From positions 6,175,529 through 6,239,528 of the forward strand of contig NC_069006.1 of NCBI RefSeq assembly GCF_001194135.2: 64,000 bases of DNA, given 5' to 3'. The position numbers and the translations under genes were made by a program. The stretch comes from Octopus bimaculoides (lineage: Eukaryota). Shown piece after piece: positions 12,041-22,703 of this stretch. Numbering within the stretch: the first letter of the stretch is position 1; each line of letters opens with the position of its first letter. The notes beneath the pieces are model-generated. The model saw only the letters and a list, made by a program, of their open reading frames with translations, searched no databases and was not told the DNA's origin.

Positions 12041-13029
12041 GCTGAAAAGATGTATGGAGGGGCAGATGATATTGAACAGGATGTTGAGATAAGGTGGCTT
12101 TTATAATAATACGAGTCTCCAGGGTTTCATAAAGAATTGGTCAGAATCACTTCAGTCACAGACTATGAGAAGAGGAAGGTGAGAACAATTCATATAAAAA
12201 TAATGATTTGAACCCAGCTAATTCCAGGTGCATAAAATGGTTCAAAACACTGACTCTTCTAACTTCGCTTCACTCTATGTTAATAAAAACAAACCAAAAA
12301 AAAAAAGCAACAGTTTAAATGCTTTTGTCATTTCATGATTGAATAAGAGATGTTAGAAAGGTATAAAGCTATTAAAAAGGAGCAAAAAACCAAAAAATAT
12401 TTGTGTAAATATTTCTGAGATGACATTACAAAAGTATTATGGTTTCATTGGATTATTAACCTATCTTATGGATTTTGATCTGTGTTGGGTTTTCATTGAT
12501 GTTTTCTCTGATCATCTTTATCATGTCTCTCACCTTCCACCCCCCCCTCCCACATACAATTTCATGTCACTGATATCAAACTTAGAACCTTTATCTCTCT
12601 CTCTCTCTCTCTCCCTCCCTCCCTCCATAATGCTACAGTTTTAAACCTCTTTACTTCACGCCTAACATTTTCTTTTCCTCCTTTGACTTGCATCACACGC
12701 TATGACAAATGCACCATGTATTTCCTTCCAGTACAAATGTCCTGATTTGTGTGCATCACCAAATGCATGATTACCTTCTCCAATCAGGGTCTTAATCACA
12801 GTTTTGAAAGGAGCCCACTCCCCCATCATGTTTCAACTTCCCATGGTTCTGTTCCTTGATAATGTCTTCAATGACAGGCAATCCTAAGTACCCCAGACAG
12901 TGGTCAGCATGTAGTGATCATCTTCCTCTGGGTTAGCTGGAGAAAGTCACTAGAGATGTTTGTTGGTAACATTCTGCACTCTGCTGGTTCTGAGTGCAAC
13001 AGCTGATAAGGGATTTGGCCCTTGTTATA

Positions 13030-13193
13030 TAGTAAGGGCTAGGGATTTAGTGAGAGGATTCGGATATAGTGAGGGTCATGGACTCAGTTAGGGCTATTGA
13101 TGTAGTGAAGGCCATAAGACTTAGGAAGGGCCATAGACTTAATGGGGGCCACTGATGCAATAAAGGCCATCAATTTAATGAGTACCAAGGACA
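13030..13193. repeat. Degenerate 18-bp minisatellite, about 9 units
   Basis: Units such as tagtgagggtcatggact, cagttagggctattgatg and taggaagggccatagact. Confidence 0.75.
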
Positions 13194-13344
13194 AAGTAAT
13201 AGTTGTGGATGTAGTGGGGAGCTAGTCATCCACTTCACCTTCTCCTCTCTATCCTGTTGAATTAGACATCTAGACCCTGCATCCAGCACCTTGTCCAATC
13301 CCTTCTTTGCAGAACAAAATTCATCTATTACTCACCTTGATGGT

Positions 13345-14440
13345 TTTTACCTGCAAATATTGACCTTTGGTAGTTTAAACATATCAATAACCATATTACC
13401 TTTAAACTGTCTCCAATGCCATGCGTGGGAAGTTTTGTAAATAAAACCCATATAAATACCAGATATTCTCAGAGTAAATTGTAAAAATAGAAACATATTT
13501 GTATAATTGGTATTGAATATATTTGCATAATTTATGCAAATATATTCTCGATTCAATGTAACCAACAGAAATATTGTAGTACAGCTAATAATACAACAGA
13601 ATACAGAGATGTTAATGCATAGCCATGAAGTGATAATACTAGAGAACCACAATGATATAAACGAGAGTGAAATCCTATTTAATGATGGCATAATGACTTC
13701 ATGCATTGATTATATGAATACATCACACAGGAATATTTTAATAATATTACAAGAATACAGACTAATGTTACATGGATACAGGCTAATGTTACATGGAGAT
13801 AGACTTGATGTTACATGGCAGGAATCAAGAAATATCAAAAAGCAATGATTGTACATAGTTATGTGCTGGTATCTTAGTAATATGTCATTACAATAAAGTT
13901 GAAATGTAATATTGCCAGAATTCTGTGATATCAGATATCCATGAGGTTAGATATAAATATAATGCATAATTTTGGATATTGCATGACAATTAGACTTTTA
14001 GCATCGTACAGTAATGAGTTTGAACATTAGACAAGTTGATAAAACAAGAATGCGGAATGAATTAGGGTTCCATTTCTAACAGTGATATTAACAATTATGT
14101 CTTAGAGAAGCATCAAAGTTTTGATTTATAAACAAGGGTAATGTGATGTTGTGGAATTAATGTGTTTTCTAATGACATTAGTAATGTAAATGAAAGGATT
14201 CGTCACCATACAACAGTAGTTTCTACCTGCACCACTAATAGCTTAATTATACTAATTATGAATTTATTAATTGCTAAGTTACTAGGCATTATAGACATGG
14301 ATCTGATTTCTTTTCTGCATCAAACTTGTGCTTATAATGTTTGATATGGTTTTACAATGATAATAAAGATATCATAGACAAAGCTTCAGTTTCTGGTTTG
14401 TTACAGAGGCTTAATAAAACAGGTACCAGTGGGTTATTGT
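13345..14440 (-). pseudogene. Possible decayed intronless membrane-protein gene, tentatively a Cys-loop/nAChR-like (chemotactile receptor-like) pseudogene
   Basis: About 1.1 kb unique sequence. A patchwork of frames gives ETEALSM.SLL, SIMPS, ITLVY, VNITVRNG, STC..C, FLIPA, KIFLCDVFI*SMHEVIMPS, RISLSFISLWFSSIITSWLCINISVFCC and a late hydrophobic NMFLFLQFTLRISGIYMGF. There are many stops and frameshifts; the family call is by eye only. Confidence 0.35.
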
Positions 14441-14448
14441 ATTTTCTA

Positions 14449-14682
14449 ATAATCCTTTCTACTAGAGGTACAAGGCCTGGATTTTGTTGGGAAGGGGACA
14501 GTCAATCACACTGACCCCAGTACTCAACTGGTACTTGATTTATCGACCCCAAAAGGATGAAAGGCAAAGTCGACCTCAGCAGAAATTGAACTGAGTATGA
14601 TGTAGCAGCAGACAAAACACTGCTAAGCATTTTACCCAGCATGCTAATGATTCTGCCAGCTCACTGCCTTATTTGTACTTTC

Positions 14683-14733
<51 letters not shown>

Positions 14734-15550
14734 CAATAATAATGATTCTTTCTAGTATAGGCTCAATGCCTGGAATTTTGGGGAAAGGGATGAGTCGATT
14801 TCATCAACCCCCAGTTCTTAACTGATATTTACTTTACCGGCCCTGAAAGAATGAAGGTAAATTTGACCCCCGCAGAATTTGGACTCAGAATGTGAAAAAC
14901 TAGAAGAGATGCGCTGTTAAGCATTTTATCCCAGTTCTCTAACAATACTCCCAACTCACTGTCATAATAATTATTTCAAGTTTTGGCATAGGGCTTGCAA
15001 TTACACTGACCCCCCAGCATTCAACTGGTACTTATTTTGCTGAGCCTGAAAAGTTGGTAGGCAAAGCCAACTTTGGCAGAATTTCAACTCAGAAAGTAAA
15101 GACAGATGAAAAGCCTCAAAACATTTAGTCTGAGATGATAATGATTCAGCCAGCTTCATGCCTTAATAATAATAATAATAATAATAAGAATAATAATGGT
15201 TTCAAATTTTGGAACACTTCCAGAAATTTCGAGGAGGAGGTAAACCGATTGCATCAACCCCAGTACATAACTGGTACTTATTTTACCAACCCCATAAAGA
15301 TGAAAGGAAAAGCTGACCTCAGCGAAATTTGAACTCAGAAAGTAAAAGAAAGCTGGACTGCCACTCAACATTTTGCCTGGTGTGTTAACGAGTCGACCAG
15401 CTCACCACCTCAATAATAATAATGATGATAATGATGATGATAATAATAATAATTACAATAATGATATTAATTTTGGCACAAGGTCAGCAATTTTGATGGG
15501 AAGGGGTACTTTATTTTATCAACCCCAAGGGATGAAAGGTGAAGCTGCCC
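14449..15550 (-). mobile_element. Array of four full and one partial SINE A copies separated by (AAT)n
   Basis: About 14449-14670, 14745-14965, 14985-15165, 15195-15412 and 15465-15550, all in the same orientation. Confidence 0.85.
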
Positions 15551-15599
15551 TCATGGGCAGAAGTAATAGGGAAGCATCATAGCCATGTGTTGAGAGGAA

Positions 15600-15895
15600 T
15601 TCCTTGGGGTTTGAACAATTCACCCCTGGAAACATGGGTGTTTCATTCAACATCATTAAACAAACCTTATTCAGGGACTTTTTCTAAGTGGGCCCCACCT
15701 GCAAGGTCATGCACTGTTTATCTTGACATGAGATCACCATGTCGCACACATATGGTTGTGATATATGTGCCTGGTGTACCCTTATCAGACGGGTAGTCAT
15801 GATGGGTATACTGGGCGTTGTATATTTGTACCCCAGTGTCACTTTGATGCCATGCACTGCTCTCTCACACAATGATAATAATAGTAATAATAATA
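15600..15895 (+). mobile_element. Interspersed repeat 3' end with (AAT)n tail (unclassified retroposon)
   Basis: CpG-containing non-microsatellite body ending gcactgctctctcacacaatgataataat. Classification is inferred from the tail only. Confidence 0.4.
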
Positions 15896-16367
15896 ATTAT
15901 TATTATTACAACCGTCACTATTTTTACAAGGGCACAGACTTTGTCAGATGGGGGATTTCAATAGACATGCCTCTGGGATGTGAGGTGGGGGACACCAGCA
16001 GTGGGTGTGACATGATGTCACTCAGTAAATCAAAACTCTACTGAAACAATGACTCATCAAATACCTTCATTTCAATGGACAGAGAGTATCCTTAGGAGGA
16101 GGAGGATGAGATCTGAGAGTAACAACCATGATGAGATTGGAATGATGACGATAGTGATGATGATGATGATGACGTTGATGGTGGTGACGGTGGTGGTAGT
16201 GGTACACTTTGTTTCTTGGTAACAATAATATCCTGACACTATACTGTATTTCACCAATTAAGTCACTATATACAGTGATATATATAGTGTATATATATGT
16301 AAGTATGTGTGTATATATATACATATATACATGTATGAGTGTATATATATATTTATATATATATACA

Positions 16368-16804
16368 GGAAGGAATTTCAACCATGTTTCGTGGTCTGCT
16401 ACCACAACAGCTCCTTTATAGGATCCAGCTAGCTCAAGACATCATCAGGAGGAACCACGTCCGGTTTCGGCCCCTACTCCTCTACCGTTTTGGCGTGGCA
16501 GCGCCACCCCCTTTCGGAGGTGTCTTCAGCTCTGGTGTTGGGTGCATGTCTTCTTTCACTGTTTGTGACTGTTCTAACTCAACTGTGGAATGTCCCTCGC
16601 TATGGTTATTTTCCAGAAGGTTCTGGCCACACGTCTTACGGTTCATCAACCCGCATTGTTGAATTACTTTCTTCCGACATACCTTCCCTTGGTGGATTAG
16701 GATCTAGATAAAGATAGTTATGGCTGGTCTATGGGCTTATCCTGGGTTTCATGTCCATAAAGCACTTAGCTTTATGGAGTTTCTTCAGATTTATGATTTA
16801 CTGA

Positions 16805-16807
<3 letters not shown>
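16368..16807 (-). mobile_element. Penelope-like element 3' end inserted in (TA)n
   Basis: GC/CpG-rich island between (TA)n tracts. Minus strand gives ILIHQGKVCRKKVIQQCGLMNRK, similar to the GIY-YIG C-terminal EAI.I....LMNR motif. Also contains CTGAAGA, CTGATGA and GAAAC motifs. Confidence 0.55.
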
Positions 16808-16895
<88 letters not shown>

Positions 16896-17084
16896 CACTT
16901 AGGTAAGTTTTGGCCAGCACTGTCCCAGGCCATGTCTAAAGGGGAACCAAATAAAGGTTGAAAGGGGATTAAGGTTGTTTAATATTTTTGTCAATCTATA
17001 GAGAAATAATTCAATTTGCCATGTCTGAATATTTATTACTACATAGGTTCACCCCCACCCCCACACACACAAGGCCGATGACAG

Positions 17085-17372
17085 TGCTGCTTGTCTGGCA
17101 CCCGTGCTGGTGGCATGTAAAATGTACCATTTGAGTGTGGTCAATGCCAGTGCTCCACTGACTGGCTCCCATGCCTATGGTATGTAAAAAGCTCCCACTA
17201 CATTCTCGGAGTGGTTGGCATTAGGAAGGCATCCAGGTAGAGAAACCTTGCCAGATCAGATTGAAGCCGGGTGCAGCCTCCTCCTGGTTTGCTAGTCCTC
17301 AGCCAAACCAGTCAACCCATACCAGCATGGAAAGCAGATGTTAAATGATGGTGATGATGATGATGATGATGT
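17085..17372 (+). mobile_element. Family D element (RTE-type tail)
   Basis: ggagtggttggcattaggaaggcatccagg...caacccataccagcatggaaagcagatgttaaatgatgg(tga)n. Shared with 26582, 34258, 38995, 46800 and 56680. Confidence 0.8.
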
Positions 17373-17387
17373 ATACATACATATATA

Positions 17388-17790
17388 TGGCTGTATGGTA
17401 AGAAGCTTGCTTGGCAACCACATGGTTCTGGGTTCAGACCCACTGCATGGCACCTTGGGAAAGTGTCTTCTACTATAGCCTTGGGCTGACCAAAGCCTTG
17501 TGAGTGAATTTGTTAGACGGAAACTGAAAGAAGCCTGTTAGATATATGTATATATTTATGTGTGTGTGTATGTGTGTCTATGTTTGTCCGCACCACCATC
17601 ACTTGACAACTAATGCTGGTGTGATTATGTCACCCCTAACTTAGCAGTTTGGCAAAAGAGACTGATATAATAAGTACTACACTTTGAAAGAATTTGATCT
17701 AGGGTTGATTTCTTTAACTAAAAATACCCTTTAAGGCAGTGCTTCAGCATGGCCACAGTCAAATGACTGAAACAAGTAAACATAAACAAA
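17388..17790 (+). mobile_element. SINE family C, full length
   Basis: ggctgtatggtaagaagc head, ggttcagaccc B-box-like motif, caccttgggaaagtgtctt CORE-like motif, internal (TA)(TG), tail gactgaaacaagtaaa. Confidence 0.88.
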
Positions 17791-17814
17791 ACAAAAGAAT
17801 ATATTACAGTATCA

Positions 17815-18105
17815 TAGAATCAATGAGACTATCAGATGTTGTTATACATCACTGGTCACAGTGCACTTTGCATCATTTTATAACTTTTGAATGATGCCAC
17901 TCCACTGGCTATGCGAGCAGGCCAACATTCTTCCCGATTGGAAGGCTATTCTGTCATAGGGTGACCCTTTTACAGCTGAGTGGACTGGTGCAACCTGAAA
18001 TGAAGTGTTTTGCTCAAAAGCACAACACACCATCCATTCCATGAATTGCACTCATCTAGCAGTCATGAATTCAAAACCTTAAGCACTAGACCACATGCCT
18101 TCCCA
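17815..18105 (-). mobile_element. SINE family B variant with an alternative 3' module
   Basis: B head and cagctgagtggactgg centre, but the distal part is atcagatgttgttatacatcactggtcaca (also seen at about 9245). Confidence 0.6.
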
Positions 18106-18213
18106 TACATATATATATACACACACACAAATATATATATATATAAATAAATATATATATATATATATATAAATTAAACAATTGGGTAAAAAATTGGATA
18201 TTAATTAATATTG

Positions 18214-18629
18214 ATTTAATACCAGGTAACAAGCACATTAAAAGAATCAGGGAGATTCAGAAAAAATATCTGAGATCTCAAGGATTATTGTATGTGTATA
18301 TATAAGAATATATAAAAATATATATAAAGGAGACCACTAGGTGGACTGGTAAAGTGCTAGAAGAAGATAACATGTCATGTGTCTACTAAGATCGAATAAT
18401 TCTCAAATGGAATTAAAGATTTTTTGTTGCTTCGCTAAATTCCCTTTGAGAATTATTTCGTCTTAGTAGACACATGACATGTTATCTTCTTCTAGCACAT
18501 TAGCAGTCCACCTAGTGGCCTCCTTTATATATATTTTTATATATACATATGCAATAATCCTTTGAGATCTCAGATATTTTTTCTGAATCTCCCTGATTCT
18601 TTTAATGTGCTTGTTCCCTGGTATTAAAT
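18214..18629. repeat. Long inverted repeat (arms about 190-200 bp, loop about 23 nt) beside (TA)n
   Basis: 18214-18414 is the reverse complement of 18438-18629, with scattered mismatches and a different internal TA length. Confidence 0.92.
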
Positions 18630-19032
18630 TGANNNNNNNNNNNNNNNNNNNNNNNNNNNNNNNNNNNNNNNNNNNNNNNNNNNNNNNNNNNNNNNNNNNN
18701 NNNNNNNNNNNNNNNNNNNNNNNNNNNNNNNNNNNNNNNNNNNNNNNNNNNNNNNNNNNNNNNNNNNNNNNNNNNNNNNNNNNNNNNNNNNNNNNNNNNN
18801 NNNNNNNNNNNNNNNNNNNNNNNNNNNNNNNNNNNNNNNNNNNNNNNNNNNNNNNNNNNNNNNNNNNNNNNNNNNNNNNNNNNNNNNNNNNNNNNNNNNN
18901 NNNNNNNNNNNNNNNNNNNNNNNNNNNNNNNNNNNNNNNNNNNNNNNNNNNNNNNNNNNNNNNNNNNNNNNNNNNNNNNNNNNNNNNNNNNNNNNNNNNN
19001 NNNNNNNNNNNNNNNNNNNNNNNNNNNNNNNN

Positions 19033-19083
<51 letters not shown>

Positions 19084-19092
19084 CATACATAC

Positions 19093-19742
19093 ACAAGGGG
19101 AAGTCAAAAAGTATCTGCATTTTCACCATAACATATCTTTATTATTATCACCCTGCCTTCTGCACATGCGTGCTTATAGTTGGTACTGTTGTGGTCTTGT
19201 AATTGACGTTTGAGCCTGATCATGCCATTTTTCTTTCTGGCTTTACAGTGTAAGCCTGACTGCTCCACTAGCAATGTGCACCAAAGAAGAACAAAGAACA
19301 GTGATCAAATTTCTCTGGTTAGAAGGCGTGTCAAAGTGCTGAAATTCACCAGAGGCTTTTAGCACAATATGGGGACAGTGCACTCCCACGCAGAATTGTG
19401 TACGAGTGGATTGAGAAGTTTAAAAAGTGGCCAGACAAGAGTGATGCACGAAGAGGGAGTTGGACACCCGTCAACCTCCACCACTTGGGAGATGGTGATG
19501 GGGAACAGGTTCATCATTACCAGCTCTTGCGTCACAGCTCTTTGGTCTTCTTTGGTGCACATTGCTAGTGGAATGACCAGGCTCACACTTTAAAGCCAGT
19601 AAGAAAAACAGCGCAATCAGGCTCCAACTTCGATCACGTGGCCACAATAGTACCAATTATAAGCACACACGCGCAGAAGGCAGTGCGACAATAATAAAGA
19701 TATGCTATGGTGAGAGAGTGAATAATTTTTGACTTCACTTCA
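19093..19742. mobile_element. Non-autonomous mariner derivative made of two head-to-head 5' ends
   Basis: Plus strand: MCTKEEQRTVIKFLWLEGVS/AEIHQRLLAQYGDSALPRRIVYEWIEKFKSGQTRVMHEEGVGHPSTST, a mariner N-terminal HTH. Minus strand at right: MCTKEDQRAV. Termini caaggggaagtcaaaaa and tttttgacttcacttca, in TA context. Confidence 0.85.
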
Positions 19743-20543
19743 TATATATATATATTATATTAGTATATATATATAAATATATATTAGTATATATTAGTAT
19801 ATATATATATATATATATATATNNNNNNNNNNNNNNNNNNNNNNNNNNNNNNNNNNNNNNNNNNNNNNNNNNNNNNNNNNNNNNNNNNNNNNNNNNNNNN
19901 NNNNNNNNNNNNNNNNNNNNNNNNNNNNNNNNNNNNNNNNNNNNNNNNNNNNNNNNNNNNNNNNNNNNNNNNNNNNNNNNNNNNNNNNNNNNNNNNNNNN
20001 NNNNNNNNNNNNNNNNNNNNNNNNNNNNNNNNNNNNNNNNNNNNNNNNNNNNNNNNNNNNNNNNNNNNNNNNNNNNNNNNNNNNNNNNNNNNNNNNNNNN
20101 NNNNNNNNNNNNNNNNNNNNNNNNNNNNNNNNNNNNNNNNNNNNNNNNNNNNNNNNNNNNNNNNNNNNNNNNNNNNNNNNNNNNNNNNNNNNNNNNNNNN
20201 NNNNNNNNNNNNNNNNNNNNNNNNNNNNNNNNNNNNNNNNNNNNNNNNNNNNNNNNNNNNNNNNNNNNNNNNNNNNNNNNNNNNNNNNNNNNNNNNNNNN
20301 NNNNNNNNNNNNNNNNNNNNNNNNNNNNNNNNNNNNNNNNNNNNNNNNNNNNNNNNNNNNNNNNNNNNNNNNNNNNNNNNNNNNNNNNNNNNNNNNNNNN
20401 NNNNNNNNNNNNNNNNNNNNNNNNNNNNNNNNNNNNNNNNNNNNNNNNNNNNNNNNNNNNNNNNNNNNNNNNNNNNNNNNNNNNNNNNNNNNNNNNNNNN
20501 NNNNNNNNNNNNNNNNNNNNNNNNNNNNNNNNNNNNNNNNNTA

Positions 20544-20623
20544 TATATTTATATAAGGGCATTAGTATAGAAGAATACCTCACATGAGGCATTCTTCTAT
20601 ACTAATGCCCTTATATAAATATA
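20544..20623. repeat. 80-bp near-perfect hairpin
   Basis: tatatttatataagggcattagtatagaagaatacctca-ca-tgaggcattcttctatactaatgcccttatataaatata, with one mismatch. Confidence 0.92.
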
Positions 20624-21479
20624 AATAAATACATTATAGAGAATAATGATGGATTTTTTTTCCCTTATGAGCTTTTTCACGCTAGCTACTTGATAAAATT
20701 CTTGTAAAAGATTTTATCCTATTATTATCCCTTAGTGGGTTGAATCCTCAACCCCTAACTCTCTTGCATTATATATATATATGTATATATAACTGTTGAA
20801 AGACATCATATATCAGACAAGTTGTTGTTTAGCTAAGACATTATGTCCATAGACAACTAGCCTTTTACCAGATAATTTATTTAAGAATATCTAAAGTGCC
20901 ATCTATGTATATTTTTTTTAACATTCAGTAGTAGAGCGTAATTTTAAAAGGAGCTTGGTTGTTATATCTAGCTGGTAATGGTTCCCATTTTGGGTTGTAT
21001 TTGTCATCTTACACAAGAATGCAAGAATTTTCACAGAATAGCGAAAGATAAATTTGAAAGCCATTCAAATGCCGAGTAAATATTCTTTTTGTGGTATTTT
21101 CCTTTCCATTGTTCCTTTCAGAAATGGTGTATAATATTGAACTGTCTCAGATATAAGTTGATGAATGAGAATTCAAAATAAAAATCAATATGAGACATAA
21201 AACAAGGGCAGATTTTTGAGTGTGGTCACATTATCTTAGATGTAATGGATCGTGTTTAGAATTTTAAATATGGAATTTCTAAAGAGGATGAAGAAGAAGA
21301 GGATGAAAGGGAAATGGATTAGAATTTGAAAATGTATGTTGATTAATGTTTGTGACAATGGAGAGGAATTCAGTGTTATTTCTTTGATGTTTACAACTAC
21401 ATGACAGATAGATGCATAGATGGATAGACAGGGAGATAGAGGAAATCATTGGCTTGACAAATGGAAAACTATAATCCTG

Positions 21480-21523
<44 letters not shown>

Positions 21524-21656
21524 TATATACATACATATATAGATATAAGCACATGCATATATGTGTGTGTGTGTATACATATATATATATATATATATAA
21601 ATNNNNNNNNNNATATATATATAAATATACACATACATAAGTATATATTTGTATAC

Positions 21657-21717
<61 letters not shown>

Positions 21718-21839
21718 CATGCACATATATATATTCATATAGACATAAATGCATATACATTTATTCATACATTCATGCATACACACATATATATGTATAT
21801 ATATATGTGTATGTATATATATGCACATACAAATATTGC

Positions 21840-22025
21840 TTTCAAATTTTGGCACAAGGCCAGCAATTTTGGGCGTGGAGTTAAGTCAGTTACAGCGACC
21901 TCCAGTGCTCAACTGGTACTTGTTTTACTGACTCTGGTGGGATTTGAACTCAGAATGTAAAAACAAACATAATGCTGGCAAGCATTTTGTCTATCCATGT
22001 GACGATTCCACCAGCTTGTTGCCTT
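21840..22025 (-). mobile_element. SINE A (internally deleted)
   Basis: caaattttggcacaaggccagc tail; gatttgaactcagaatg; ccagcttgttgcctta head. Confidence 0.75.
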
Positions 22026-22100
22026 ATATTTGTATGGTGTGAGTTGAGATGCCCAGTATATTACCAGTATTCAACACTCCAGCTGTTCCTTTATATTCAG

Positions 22101-22214
22101 ACAAAGATTCTGAAGTCAGTTCTGATGACGTGAAGATGCAACGAATTACATTGGGCTGGGCTTTTGCAATTCATCTTTGCAATCTTCACTGGAACACTTG
22201 TATGGATGCCATAG
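22101..22214 (+). CDS. Candidate internal coding exon (114 nt, phase 1-1), product unknown
   Basis: tcctttatattcag acceptor and ccatag|gtaaga donor. One open frame: KDSEVSSDDVKMQRITLGWAFAIHLCNLHWNTCMDAI. Confidence 0.35.
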
Positions 22215-22254
22215 GTAAGAAATTTTTGAACAAACTGCCAAGTCTTGCTTGCTT

Positions 22255-22294
<40 letters not shown>

Positions 22295-22672
22295 TATATA
22301 TATATATATGTATGTATATATATGTAGATATATATATGTATGTATGTATATATATTTATTTAAATGCTTTCTAAAATAAACATACACTTCATTTTAAAGG
22401 CTCTGGAGAAGCTATAGGATGCTGTATAAGCACTCAGGTCTGAGTGCACTGCTTCTTATGGCAGAAACAGCTGTAAGCTAATTAAGTTGATTGCACAATT
22501 CCTGTTCCCTTGTCATTCAATTAATTCATACATATCAGATGCAGTGAAGGTACTTTATAAATGAAATAGCTATTACTACTGGGCCTATGATGACTACAAA
22601 TAATAATGATAATAATAATAATAATGATGATGATGATAATAATAATAATAATAATAATAAAAATAATAATAA

Positions 22673-22703
<31 letters not shown>

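Noticed and set aside
18214-18629. Hammerhead motif within the long inverted repeat; also the idea that the repeat is an assembly artefact
   Set aside because: No CTGANGA lies near the GAAA. The arms differ at many positions, which an artefact would not produce.
22170-22214. Resemblance of HWNTCMDAIG to the small Tim CX3C motif
   Set aside because: The first cysteine is absent and the rest of the exon does not fit.
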